From Octopus vulgaris (Eukaryota): a DNA stretch of 64,000 nt. The number at the start of each line of letters is the position of its first letter. The stretch's first letter is position 1. The DNA is taken from the NCBI GenBank assembly GCA_951406725.2, contig OX597821.1, positions 98,146,001 to 98,210,000 of the forward strand, in the 5' to 3' direction. Of this stretch, positions 28,560 to 41,861 are shown one piece after another. The notes under the pieces were generated by a model. The model was not told the origin of the DNA. It worked only from the letters and a program-made list of their open reading frames with translations, and did not search any database. A program made the position numbers and the translations under genes.

Positions 28560-28932
28560 AAAATTTTCAACAGACATCTGTAAAAATCAACTACAATAAT
28601 GGACCCTACATGAAGGTGCTCACCCAAGTAAGCCTATTTATTAGCAAAGCAATCTGGATTGCTCATACAAAAATGCAGACACTTGCTCATGATAAGGAAT
28701 GCAACATAAAATGAGGTCTGTAAAGTCACCTCAACTATGCCAAATCAGGGAATCAAGAATATGTATTTTTGAAGAGAAAATCAAGCAAAGATATTATAGC
28801 CATGGATTATCATTCAGACACCTCAACAGAAGGAAATTCATAATGGTAGCCAACCATGTCCAGAAACTAAGAAACCCAAATAGTGACTACAGTAAAAAAT
28901 GCAGGCTTTGCAGAGCAGAAAGAATAGATTAG
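28560..28932 (+). mobile_element. Possible R4/Dong-like LINE relic
   Basis: Ends in KKCRLCRAE, resembling the CRLC zinc knuckle that precedes the RLE domain. Otherwise very decayed. Confidence 0.4.
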
Positions 28933-29940
28933 ATTAAACCCTTAGGAAAATGTCAATAATCCAGAAAAAGAGATTTTCACCAGGTGTTCCTACACAAATT
29001 TATTCTATTCCACTGGAAAATTCTACCATCAGTAGCCTAACATCATTACACACCCTAGCTCCAGTTGAGGATTACCTTAACATTTTTCTTGTGCTTTTTC
29101 TTTCACTCTTTCTATCATTCTCCACTGACTAACACACATAGCAATACTTATCTATAACAGTAGCCTCTCAGTTTTATGTTAAGAAGACCAAAAGCCATAT
29201 GGACGTTCATGTAACAGTGAGTATGATATCTGTCCATAAAAAAGTTAGTCATATTTCCCCATTTTTTTTAATTATTCAAAACAACCTAATTTGTTTAAAG
29301 TAACACCCAAATACTCTAATATCTACTTTCCATATTTCTAACCTTTCTAACTACCATACAGGTAGCTCTTGGTGATACATTATACTTTGATAGCTTGATA
29401 ATCTCTCCAGAAGTCTAACAGGAAGCTGCATTGCTTTTCTTTCATAATAAAACTTATACATACATACACCATTCCATACGAATATATTAGTATATCTAAC
29501 ACTATTAGTACTATGATAACAAAAGTTTTAAATCTTGGACAAGACACACTAGTCTACTACTCCATGAATATATCAACATATCTAATGCCATTAATATCAT
29601 GATGGAGTGCTGAACTGTGAACACATTACTGTATGAATTACATTAATATATTAAAACCATCAAAATTTATGATTTTTAATTAAGGTTTTATACACCATCC
29701 TACTGTGACCTGTATAGCTAATTACATCAATACTGATATATCCTATCATCATGATAATTAAAATGACTTCTTTTAAAATGGCCCACTTATAAATTTATAA
29801 TAACTGAAGTGTCACATCAGGACACCCTACTCTATCTTATATGAATATATTAAAACTATCTAACATTATTAGTGTTATGAATAGAAGTTAAACCTTAGAC
29901 AAGATACACTATTCTATTTGTTTTGAATACAACAATATTA

Positions 29941-30339
29941 GGCGCAGGAGTGGCTGTGTGGTAAGTAGCTTGCTAACCAACCACATGGTTCCGGGTTCAG
30001 TCTCACTGCGTGGCATCTTGGGCAAGTGCCTTCTGCTATAGCCCCGGGCTGACCAATGCCTTGTGAGTGGATTTGGTAGACGGAAACTGAAAGAAGCCTG
30101 TCGTATATGTGTGTATATATATGTATATGTGTGTGTATGTGTGTCTGTGTTTGTCCCCTTAGCATTGCTTGACAACCGATGCTGGTATGTTTACATACCC
30201 GTCACTTAGCGATTCGGCAAAAGAGACCGATAGAATAAGTACTGGGCTTACAAAGAATAAGTCCTGGGGTCGATTTGCTCGACTAAAGGCGGTGCTCCAG
30301 CATGGCCACAGTCAAATGACTGAAACAAGTAAAAGAGTA
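29941..30339 (+). mobile_element. Full-length tRNA-derived SINE family A (CORE-like centre)
   Basis: GGCGCAGGAG-TGGCTGTGTGG (A-box), GGTTCAGTC (B-box), GGCATCTTGGGCAAGTG (CORE-like), internal (TA/TG)n, 3' AAGTAAAAGAGTA. Confidence 0.9.
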
Positions 30340-30692
30340 TAAATGCTGAAAGGCCTAACCGTTGGCAAGATGCATTCTTATTATTTTGCTAAACTGATTG
30401 CAATTCTGTGAGATAGCCACTATTAATTGAAGTTTAATTTTTATTCAAGGCTTACACACTATTCTACTGTGACCTGTACATATGATTACACCAATACCAA
30501 CATATCTATCATTATTAGTATTGTGATAATTAAAAGATTTAACTTTGACTTTTTTTGTAATAGTCCACTTATAAATTTTTACATTTGCCCATGACCCATA
30601 TATACATTAAATTATATGTTAAATACATTAAATTACAAATTATATAAAAATTCTCATGTACTTCACTGTTTCCATGGGTGATAATGCTTATT

Positions 30693-30895
30693 CTCTCTTT
30701 ACTCGTTTCAATCATTTGACTGCGGCCATGCTGGAGCACCGCCTTTAATCGAGAAACTCGACCCCGGGACTTATTCTTTTGTAAGCCCAGTACTTATTCT
30801 ATCAGTCTCTTTTGCCGAACCGCTAAGTAACGGGGACATAAACACACCAGCATCGGTTGTCAAGCAATGCTAGGGGGACGAACACAGACACACAA

Positions 30896-30945
<50 letters not shown>

Positions 30946-31108
30946 GACGGGCTTCTTTCAGTTTCCATCTACCAAATCCACTCACAAGGCTTTGGTTGGC
31001 CCGAGGCTATAGTAGAAGACACTTGCCCAAGGTGCCATGCAGTGGGACTGAACCCGGAACCATGTGGTTGGTAAACAAGCTACTTACCACACAGCCACTC
31101 CTGCGCCT
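30693..31108 (-). mobile_element. Full-length SINE family A, inverted relative to 29941-30339
   Basis: Reverse complement of the same consensus, ending at CACAGCCACTCCTGCGCCT. Confidence 0.9.
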
Positions 31109-32375
31109 ATGTATGCAAAAATTAAACAAATCATACTACAGTAAGCTATCTAAAAGCCATCAACTGCTTAATGACCCACAAATACATTAAATTTGACAAT
31201 AGTTTTGGAAAAAGTCTAAGGCCCACAGTAAAACTTCAGTAGCTCATTTATGGGTTGTGACCCATCTGCTGTCAGCCCCTGTCCTAAATGGATGCATTAA
31301 CATACCTAAAATACATTGGTTTTTATCAATGTGTTAAAAAATTTTTTTAAACTCTTATGAGAAATGGAAGTGGGGGAGGATCATGGTTAGAAATAGCCCT
31401 TGAATACTTTATGCAGAGGTACCCATATCTTAAATGTATCGCCTGTTTTGTCCCTTTTACCACTACTACAACTGTTCTTCATTGTCTGAAATAGCCAACT
31501 GTCTCACCACTGTTCAAGCTCACCCTTGCATTTATGTATTTATACAGTTACACCATACTTAAAAAACTTTCACTAACACTTTATCCATGCTTCCTTCTTA
31601 GAATTACAAACCTCCTGAACTCCTCCTCAGCACACAATTTTTACAAGAGGGTTTTAGCCTGCAGGTGCCTCGATACAATCTCTGACGCTGTTAGAAATAT
31701 CAGCCAAACTCTTCACACAGATCACACTCTACCATCTTACAAAAGGGGTACATTAGATAATGTAATCCTAGACCCACGAAGACTGAAAAAAATATTTTAT
31801 AGCTACGGGTGAACTGTCTAATCACAGGTTTGCTGGATAATGGCTGATGTGGAACTTTATAGCAAAAACTCAAGTTGAGCATTATTAACAACAAGAATCT
31901 CACCAGGCAAGGAGGACCTGAAGTTTTCCAGCCCTCCTTAGGCTAAATAGATATTAAAAAAAACTATCCTAATCCCATATGACTGAATTTATCTGAGAGC
32001 TTTCAATTAGTATTGCTTGTAATGCAAGTGCCAACAATACAATGTATTGAACTATAAGACACAGTAATGAGAAGACTCCATTAAGTTAGAAATAGCTTGG
32101 AGCATGGCCAGTTCAAACCTATGCTCATCATCATCATTGGCTAATTATTCATTTTTTCTTAAACATATTTAACATTACCATCGTCATTATTACTATTATC
32201 ACAATCATCTAAATTATTTTTAAAGTTCACTTTTCCTTAGTAAAAAAACAAAATAGTCTGCACAAGTTTGCAATACAACATTTCTATTACCAAACCCTAA
32301 CTTGGTGTATATGTTTCAGCTCTGCATAGTCAGATGTTCTCAAATTTGACCTAACCATTTGTTGTCAAAGCTTAC

Positions 32376-32607
32376 CAAGATTTTGGTCTAACCACTGATG
32401 GTACTTTTTCATAGTCACCTTCCTTTCTCTGATATTCATTATAGTCACTTCTCTTTCTTTGATACCATTCCTTTCTCTGATATTCATTATAGTCACTTCT
32501 CTTTCTTTGATACCAATTGTAGTCAATTCTCTTTCTCTCATATTCCCTAAACTCTGGTCTGGCCATTCTCTTTGAGCAGAATATATTGGCTGTACAGCCA
32601 ATATATC
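32376..32607 (-). CDS. Tentative exon encoding repeated RKR-flanked peptides
   Basis: Open frame (G)YIGCTANIFCSKRMARPEFREYERKRIDYNWYQRKRSDYNEYQRKEWYQRKRSDYNEYQRKEGDYEKVPSVVRPKS ending at a strong donor TG|GTAAGC. The acceptor is weak and lies in a palindrome. Confidence 0.25.
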
Positions 32608-33737
32608 CTGCTCAAGTCATTCTTCAAACAAAGTCGATCCCTAATTCACTGACCATATTTTCAACATTAGAAAGCTTAGACATGAAAATTATTCAGTTCT
32701 TGGCATGGACTTCAGCAATTTATAGCATTCAGTTCTTGGCTGCTCATGCTGTGGACAACTCTTGAACATATATTGTCTTGATTCTAAATGCACTATTTGT
32801 ATAACTGTTTTTGCACTTAATACACAACATTAAAGTGTTATCTCTTCACAATTTGTATACTGAGATAAAAACTGCACTCTTAATTAATTGACATCTTAGT
32901 CAAATTACAATGTGAGATTTTACACGGTTACTCAATATAAATAGCAGTCAAATTTCCCACAAATCATACATTACTATTTTTTGAAAAGAAAATGTTTGAT
33001 AATGTATTTTATCAATTTGTTAATTTGGTCTGGCAGAAAATGTTGTACCCCATAGCCTTTGCAGTCCATCGGAGACTGGTGAAATTGATTTCATTCACAG
33101 CTGCAAATTAATGACTGCAGGAAAGACATATGACAATTCCAGAGGGCTATGTTTTGGGGAGGTTGGTTCAGAGTTTGGGGATTGGAAACAATATGGACAA
33201 TGAGGATGAGAGATAAGTCAAAAGTATTCGATTGGAGATGGGACAAGACCATCCAATTCCAAAGAGCTAAGACCATTGAAAAAGGCAGAAACAGGAGACA
33301 ACGCATCCATGAGCCAGTAGTCAGAGTGAATTTGTGAATAACTTCATATTAATCAATTGAGTGGTTTGTGGCTAAACATGATCTAAAATGTCTGGGTTTG
33401 AAGGAGTGCCATCTCACATGTGAGAGTATTTTACTATGGCTTTTGACTGAGTTAAATAAAAAGACATTCTAGCCATGACAAACCTGTCTGAATAAAAGGC
33501 TGAACAACAACTAGTATCTTAGTCAGTGATATATTAACAATTTAAGTATTTTGATTTTGAAATTATTATTTCTATGCAAGTATAGTAAAAAGTCCCTTGC
33601 TTGTCTTCTAATTGCATACATCCATCAATGGTTGACTATACTGATTTTAGGAGATTGCATCTTCAAACCAAAACACACTAACAATTACATCACTATGTAC
33701 TTAACTGGAACATTTTATGCTTTGCACATCAGCATAC

Positions 33738-33788
33738 CTTGCACTACCCTGTCCAGGAGAAGATTTATCTCTTCTATTTTACATAAAA
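33738..33788 (-). CDS. Tentative 51-nt phase 1-1 internal exon
   Basis: cttcatctcag|TTTTATGT...GTGCAAG|gtatgc. Joined to exon 1 it reads ..NQLVLCKIEEINLLLDRVVQ. Could be chance. Confidence 0.25.
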
Positions 33789-36700
33789 CTGAGATGAAGT
33801 ATTATGTTTTGCAAACTCTTAGGATCTTTTGTTGACATTTACATTCCATTTGAACTGTGCCCTAATTTTTACAATACCATTCTCCACTGTGTAAAACATG
33901 TTTATAGTTAAGCAAACACAGTACTGATATAACATTATAAACACCAATTATAGAGATAAAAGGGCAAAATGCCCACAAACAAGACTCAAATCAGTTCAAG
34001 TGATACATATACATGGTTTGAAGCATACTAGTGGACCTTTTGCAACTTCTTCTTTACAAAGTCAAATATCATCTACATTAAAATCTTTGCAGTTAATTTT
34101 GGGACTGTTCACAAGTTTCACATGCAGTTCTAAGGGGAAAATTCATTCTATGAGACTCCATTTCAGCTTTTTCTAAAGAATTTTTCTGTAGATTAATGCC
34201 TATAGGTATGCAACCTGCTTTTACCTTAGAGAAACATCAAGACATAGAAACTGAGAATAAACATATTATTGATAAGAATGTGCCACAAATTGATCAAATG
34301 ACTCGGTCTTTGGTAATATAATAATGCTAACAGTAATAATAATAATAATTTCAAATTTTGGCACAAGGCCAACAATTTCAGGAGAGGGGATAAATCGATT
34401 ACATTGACTCCAGTGTTCAACTGGTACTAATTTCATCAACCCCAAAAGGATGAAAGGCCAAGTCGACCTCAGCAGAATTTGAACTCAAAGCATAGTGACA
34501 GATGAAATACTGCTAAGCATTTCACTTGGTGAGCTAATGATTCTACCAGCTAGCTGTCCTGATAATAATACACACACACAGAAGCTACATCCAGGCAACC
34601 AACAACTAAAACAAAACAAGAAATGGACACCAAACAAAAGAGAAGAAAAAGAGGACTTTTTTTTTTTGTCATCAGAAACAACTTCTATGAATCCAGTGGA
34701 ACAATAAAATGCACCCAGTCTATACTTTAAAGTAGTTGGTGATAAGAATACCATCTTATGCCTAAAAAATTGTAAAAATATGACATAATAACAGGTTTAG
34801 TTTTTCTCTGTCGCTGCATGTACTGGATAATAAGAGGGGACACAAAGTTGTGAAACCATATCCAACCCACACCAGCATTGTAGAATGGACATAAAATCAT
34901 TATCGTCATCATTGTCTTAACACCCACTTTTCCATTGTATGGGTTGAACAAAGTTTATTGCACTTCATTTTCTGTGGCCAGATCCTCTTTCTGTTGCCAA
35001 CTCTTTCCAGTTTCCAAGCAAGATAATATTTCCCCCATGGGCTGACATATTTTTGCACAATATTGGAAATGAATGACACTACTTGTATGACAGTGATACT
35101 CATTTACAACTGCCACACAATGTCAAGATACACTCACACACACACATATATATATATATACATATGCATATACACACACAGACAATCAACACACATTTCT
35201 TTCAGTATAGTTTCTGTCTACCAAATCTACTCACAAGGCTTTAAGTGTATGTATTATACTATATATACACACATCATCATCATCATCATTTAGCGTCCGC
35301 TTTCCATGCTAGCATGGGTTGGACAGTTCAACTGGGGTCTGTGAAGCCAGAAGGCTGCATCAGGCCCAGTCTGATCTGGCAGTGTTTCTACGGCTGGATG
35401 CCCTTCCTAACGCCAACCACTCCGTGAGTGTAGTGGGTGCTTTTTACATGCCACCCGCATAAATATATATATATATATATGTGTTTGTGTATATATATAC
35501 AGACATTTAAGTGTATGGTATTGACACCAGAATCAATAGAGCTTAAGACAACATATCTTATGATATCTGGCTAGAACTCTTTACCTTCTCAGTTCAAACA
35601 AATATCATGCAAATTAACTTCATTTTCCGTCCTTCTGCAGCTAAGAAACACAAGTCAAGTATATCCTTAAAGATATACTCAGCATGGCCACAGTCCAAAG
35701 GCAAAATTCAATAAGAGAATATATATACACACACATTCACATAAATACTGTAATACTCCAGATTTTTTACTTCACTTTCACCACCACTGCAAAGGCCATG
35801 CTAAAGCACTATCTTTAGTAAAATGAATGTTCTATGGATATCCTAGGGCAATATGCACCTGCTGAATATCGCCCTAGGATATGCAACAGGTGTTACCTCT
35901 GCTGCATATCCTAGGATTCAAGATTAATGTTGAGTATCATTACTTCAAGGATCAGCAAACTAATGGAACTTACTTCTGGTTGTTGTTTAACCCAAGGTCT
36001 GCCATGATCAAGCAGACTAATGATGAAAAGCATTCTAACATGGCAACTATCTCTAGTAGACTGAGTAGTCACATAGAGACTCTCCTATAAGCCTGTCCTT
36101 ATATGTTGTTTTTGTTGTTTAATCCAGGTCAGCTCTGATCTAGACTTATCAAAACTTTCCAGTCAAGGAATCTTGAGGTGATATCTAGGATATTGTCTAA
36201 TGTGTGCTCCTATGTTCTTGAAAATAAGAGAATTGAGAGAAAATTGGCTGTTATTTGCAATAAGGCAAGTTAGAGGCTCCCTAATCGGCTCATCTTTAGA
36301 TGTAACTCTTTAGAAATAGCTCAACTGGAACTCAAGGAAGTAGTACATCTAAATATCATTTCAATGTTCTCAGGAGAACTTAGGTTATGTTCTACCGGAA
36401 TTTTTAGCAGATAATAATGTTATTGTGACTCTTAAAATGTCATTTTGTAGTAAAAGATGTTTGAAGCAAGATACTTGATATGCCTTCTACTCCTCTGGCT
36501 CCATGTTTCATGTTATGCCAAACTTTGGAATAAGACTTTGAAATAGTTTCCATATATAAAGACAACATCTCCATTGGCATTCCAGAGAGTTAGAGACTGA
36601 ATGAGAGTTCGTTCACTGTTGTTCATGTCTCCAACTTGAGTTATCTGTTTCATGAAAAATGAAAATTTCTCCAGCTGGTAGATAAAGCCTCTCCTGTTAG

Positions 36701-36979
36701 GAAACCAAAGTTAAGAGCAGCAGTCTACTGTAACTTAGGATTTCAGAAGGTTAACATATTTCAGAATACTTTTTTTTCTTTTTTTTTTTTTTTTTGTAAT
36801 GAAAGTTCTCATTATCCTAAGATTTCAGCTAGTAGTTGACAGTTTGTCACAAACACATTTGATTGTTTTGAATTGTTTTTCTCTCTCAGAGCAAAATGAA
36901 ACTTTGAAGATGGTGGTGTGGGGTGTGTGCATAACAGAAGGTATGGCATTTTAAAGTATAAAAGAATGTGTTGTTATTT

Positions 36980-37517
36980 GCCTAACTTTCTGTCATCTGA
37001 GGTATAAATAACTTCATTCACCTAGATTTTGTATACTACTTTAGTTCCACTCCCTCTTGCTGCAGACTGATCAATTATAACATTATTCTATATATGATGG
37101 GAAACAAAGGGGGATATAAAGTGTTACTTTGTGGTACACCCTTTACTTTTTCAGACTAGTATTTGACTTTGGTATTTTAAGGAGAGCAGAGACCTACCTA
37201 AATAACATGACTTTCAACTTATAACATAAGTTGTCAATGACTAGCCTAACTTTCTGTCATCTGAGATATAAATAACTTCATTCACCTAGATTTTGTATAC
37301 TACTTTAGTTCCACTCCCTCTAGCTGCAGACTGATCAATTATAACATTATTCTATATATGATGGGAAACAAAAGGGGATATAAAATGTTACTTTGTGGTA
37401 CACCCTTTACTTTTTCAGACTAGTATTTGACTTTGGTATTTTAAGGAGAGCAGAGACATGACTTTCAACTTATAAATAACATGACTTTCAACTTATAACA
37501 TAAGTTGTCAATGACTA
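36980..37517. repeat. Recent tandem duplication, 264-bp period, 2 copies
   Basis: GCCTAACTTTCTGTCATCTGAG starts at 36980 and 37244. The copies differ by a few substitutions and a small internal re-duplication. Confidence 0.95.
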
Positions 37518-37626
37518 ACTTTTGCAAAATTAACATGTGATCCAGATTTCAAAATTTAACTGAATTGCAGAAGATATTTTGTCAGTTTCTTCTTGAAACT
37601 GACAAGCTACTTTTCACTAATTTTTA

Positions 37627-38175
37627 CACAAGGGTGAGATGGAAAGTTCACAGGCTGACTATGAAGGAGTGATGCTAGAGCTGTGAAATCTTGCATGCAT
37701 TAATATCAACTCTTCATATTAATAATTGCATTCTTTCTTTCTGGGTACTCTGACATCTAACAGTTCAAAGAAGACATCAAAAGGAACTACTAGTGTCTTC
37801 TCTTGAAAATCAACAAAACAAAAAACTGACCAAATTCACATTGTGGTGTTAACAAGTATTGATGCTGATATAATTGCTACATTAGAGGGTGATGCTCCAG
37901 TTTTATCTACAGTGCAAAAGTGGGCAGCTGAATTTCAGAGGGGAACAGAGAGTCTTGAAGACGACCCAAGGTTTGAACATCCTGCAACTGCTGCCACCAA
38001 GGAAAACATTGGTCATGTTCACCCTATGGTGGTGGATGACAGGTGATTGACTATAAAGCAAATGGCCAAATCTATTAGCATATCCCATGAGAGAGATGGG
38101 AATATTCTGCACAATGAACTTTGCCTGATGAACATTTCTACTTGGTGGGTGCCACGTCTTCTGACATACGTAAGC
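37627..38175 (+). mobile_element. Mariner transposon 5' fragment
   Basis: GDAPVLSTVQKWAAEFQRGTESLEDDPR..P (HTH/GRPR-like) and WVPRLLT. Same family as 62096-63089. Confidence 0.9.
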
Positions 38176-38363
38176 ATGGGACATTAAGCTGATAGTAGTG
38201 GCAGTGGTGTAACTGATATATATGTATACATCATCATCATTTAGCGTCTGCTTTCCATGCTAGCATGGGTTGGACAGTTCAACTGGGGTCTGGGAAGCCA
38301 GAAGGTTGCACCAGACCCAGTCTGATCTGGCAATGTTTCTACGGCTGGATGCCCTTCCTAACG

Positions 38364-38403
<40 letters not shown>

Positions 38404-38423
38404 CAGACAGAGAGACAGACAGA

Positions 38424-39312
38424 TATCAGGTCATTAAGAATGAAATGTCCGATTTTCTTATGCACCAAGTTTGATAGTCTAATGTTTTATTCTGACAATT
38501 GTTTGTTTTACAACATTGAAGAGTTACATCACTTTTTGGAATGCATGGTGTCTTTATTATATATTGTGTTTTCTCTTGTAAGTAAATTTTTATGAACCTA
38601 TGGATAGTTCAAAAATTGTCTTGAAACTTGCTTTTCTTTGCTGTCACAGCATAAAAGTGAACCATTTTTGCGCTTGCATTGTATTGTTACGCGTGATGAA
38701 AAATGGATTCTTTTCAACAATAGTAAGTGCTCTGCACAGTGGTTGGATAGAGACAAAGTGCCAAAACACAATCCAAAAAAGAATATTCTCCAAAAAAAAG
38801 CTAATGGTGTCATCCATTACAGCTTCATGAGAAATGGAAAGTCAATTACAGCAGGTGTATACATCAACCAGTTGGATGAAATGATGAGTGAACTTGCAAT
38901 TAAACAACCAAGACTGGTCAATAGAGACAGGCCAATTCTTGCAAGACAATGCTCAACCACATGTTGCACAAAGAATGCTACTCAAGTTACAGGAACTGAA
39001 CTTGAAAGTACTCTGTCATCCACCATATTCACCAGACCTTGCACCAACTGACCATCATGTTTTCCAAGCAGTAGACAATTTTTTGTAAGGAAAAAATTTC
39101 ATGTCTGAAGAAGATGCAAAAGCATCCTTTCATGGTTTCATCACCTCCTGCTATCATGAATTCTTCATTGCAGGCATGAATAAGCTACTGATAAAATGTC
39201 AAAATTGTGCTGATAATTTAGGTGCATATTTTGATTAACTGTTTTTTGTTGAGATAAAGTAAAATAAACTTTCAGTTCAAAATCAGACATTCCATTTTTA
39301 ATGACCTAAGAT
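38424..39312 (+). mobile_element. Internally deleted DD34D mariner (second family)
   Basis: TIRs AGGTCATTAAGAATGAAATGTCCGATTTT / AAATCAGACATTCCATTTTTAATGACCT. Motifs IVTRDEKW, QDNAQPH and HPPYSPDLAPTD, with frameshifts. Confidence 0.9.
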
Positions 39313-39890
39313 ATATATATATATATCACACACATATATGTATGCATATACAAGTGTGTGTGTGTATAGATGGATGCATTCCAAGGCTTTCATCATTTAG
39401 AGGTAACCATACATATGTAGCTGGAAAGTTTTTCTCCAGTGCACAGGTCAGATCAGATCAAAGTATTTTTTTTTATACAGAACACTAGCAGCTGCACAAG
39501 CAACAAGTCTCCATTCTCCACACCACCAAGGGTAAAGCATCAGAGCTCTCACAGGAACAGTGCTAATGACTCAAAACATTTTATGCAACACTAACAATCC
39601 AATCAATCCACTAACCTGGATTCATCATTCTATGTTTGCTTTCCCTGCTAGCATGGGTTAAAGAATGTCACAGTCAAAATCAGTTCTTATTCTGAGTTAA
39701 TTGCTCATACTTTATTTTCAGCATGGTCTCCATGCTGGAATTCTTTCTTAACACCAACCATAAGAGAAAAAGTTTCCCTTTCAAACATGTACTATTGAAA
39801 ATGTAAATCAGTTCCTGTGTTATCTCTTCAGATTTCCTTAAGTTCTGTATGTTTGTCAAGTTTGTCTACAGACAGACAAACATACATACA

Positions 39891-40310
39891 TGGGATAGAG
39901 AAGAGAAACTGTGCACAGTTGTGGAAATTAGCTGCCCAGTGGATGTTAACATAAAGCTGAACTATTGAGACATCTGCAGTTACTCTATCCAGATTACAAG
40001 TTCAGGTTTATACCTGTAATTATTGGAGCCCTGGCATATGCAACAAGCTGCCAAAATACCAATCTTGAGAAATTAGGCTTCTCAAAATCAGAAAGCTAAT
40101 TCAAAGACTACAGATCCAATCCTTCACTGGAACTGTAAAAATCTGTCAAACTTTCCAGAAGTTTATCATTTAAATATATACATACAAATCTGCATATACA
40201 TACATAAACACTCTGATGTTGAAATTCCAATGGAGGAACCTTGGCTCTCGGTTGGGAGGGGGGGAATGAAGAAGACAAATGGAGGAGCCTTGGATCTCGG
40301 TTGGGAGGGA
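39891..40310 (+). mobile_element. R4/Dong-like (RLE-type) non-LTR retrotransposon 3' end
   Basis: WDREEKLCTVVEISCPVDVNIKL, FRFIPVIIGALAY and GTVKICQTFQKFII* (stop 40173), typical of the restriction-like endonuclease C-terminus. Confidence 0.8.
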
Positions 40311-41486
40311 GGGAAGGAAGAAGACAGACAGACAGACAGACAGACATTAGTAAAACTATTAGTGACCTATAGGATGCCTCAGAGTATTCTTTGTATTCTT
40401 TCTGGCTGAGTTCAAATCCTTTGAGAGTAATATCTGCAGTATCTTATCCCATAAAATAGCTACTGAGATACCTAATATTGCAATTTTGAATGCCATGTTG
40501 ATTGTACATTGGCCAAATAGCTGCATATTAATCAATGAAAGTCCCAGATCAGGATAGGAGGAAGACTATTGTTACAGGTCCTTAGTACCTTTTTAACAGA
40601 GTTCACTCCATTGCTCACATTCAAGCAAGATCTAGTTGACAATATCTTCCAGCCTTCCTTCCACTAGTTTCAGAGACCTTGTGATAGAATTGCTAGAGTC
40701 AGACAGAAGTACCTTGTGGTATTTGTAATTGTCAGTTCACTTTATTCAAAGAATTCAGACCAGGTCTCCAGTTTTAATTTGGACTACAAGCAACTTCCAT
40801 AATTATAATTCTTAAAGGTTAGACTCCTGATGAATATAATATTAAATTATCCGATGATGAATAAATAAATTAGAACATGACATATTTTCAAAAGCTATGC
40901 AATAAGAATTACATGCACATTTTTTTTAAGGGAATTTCTACATTTCTATATTCAAAAGCAATAGTACATTTTTTATCAATCCCTAAAGGATGAAAGTCAA
41001 AGTTGACTACAAAATTAATACATCTTTATTTGTCTTTGTTGTTCAAATAAAAGCCTCCAACCGCTCTGGATCATTTCCCTTAGCCCACTTTTGTTTTGTT
41101 TATTCAAATTAGCTAGGCCATAAATGTGTTCTAGTCAATATATTTAGCAGTCACTTCTGCTAGAGATCAGGCAGAATAGTTACTGTATTGACGATGTCTA
41201 CTGAGGCAGAAACACAGAAGTGCAGCTATCCTGTTGTCTCCAGACAATCAGACAGTCTTTTCTTTAATGGTATGTCAATTTTGGAGATTTCTTGATTCTT
41301 GATATTATCTCTCCTCCTTTGGAATCGAGCTTAACTACCACCAAGAAATTATTCTAGAATCCCTGGAAATGGAAATAATTTCAATACATCAAAAATCTGT
41401 CCTGTATAGTATTTAATTACCCATATTTTTGTTGTTCAAATACAGGCCACTAGCCACTCTGAGTTACTTCTCTTAGATCATTTTTG

Positions 41487-41526
<40 letters not shown>

Positions 41527-41823
41527 TCATCGTTTAGCGTCCGCTTTCCATGCTAGCATGGGTTGAATGGTTCAACTGGGGTCTGGGAAGCCAGAAGGCT
41601 GCAACAGGCCCAGTCTGATCTGGCAGTGTTTCTACGGCTGGATGCCCTTCCTAACGCCAACCACTCCGTGAGTGTAGTGGGTGCTTTTTACATGCCACCG
41701 GCACAGGTGCCAGACGAGGCTGGCAAACAGCCACGATCGGATGGTGCTTTTTACGTGCCACCGGCACGGGGGCCAGACATGGCTGGCAACGGCCACGATC
41801 GGATGGTGCTTTTTACATGACAC

Positions 41824-41861
<38 letters not shown>

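Noticed and set aside
38600-39088. SETMAR-like host gene
   Set aside because: Frameshifted mariner catalytic domain within TIRs, with no SET domain.
41020-41490. Diverged ~60-bp direct repeats as LTRs of a TRIM
   Set aside because: No TG..CA ends, PBS, PPT or TSD seen. More likely an old local duplication.
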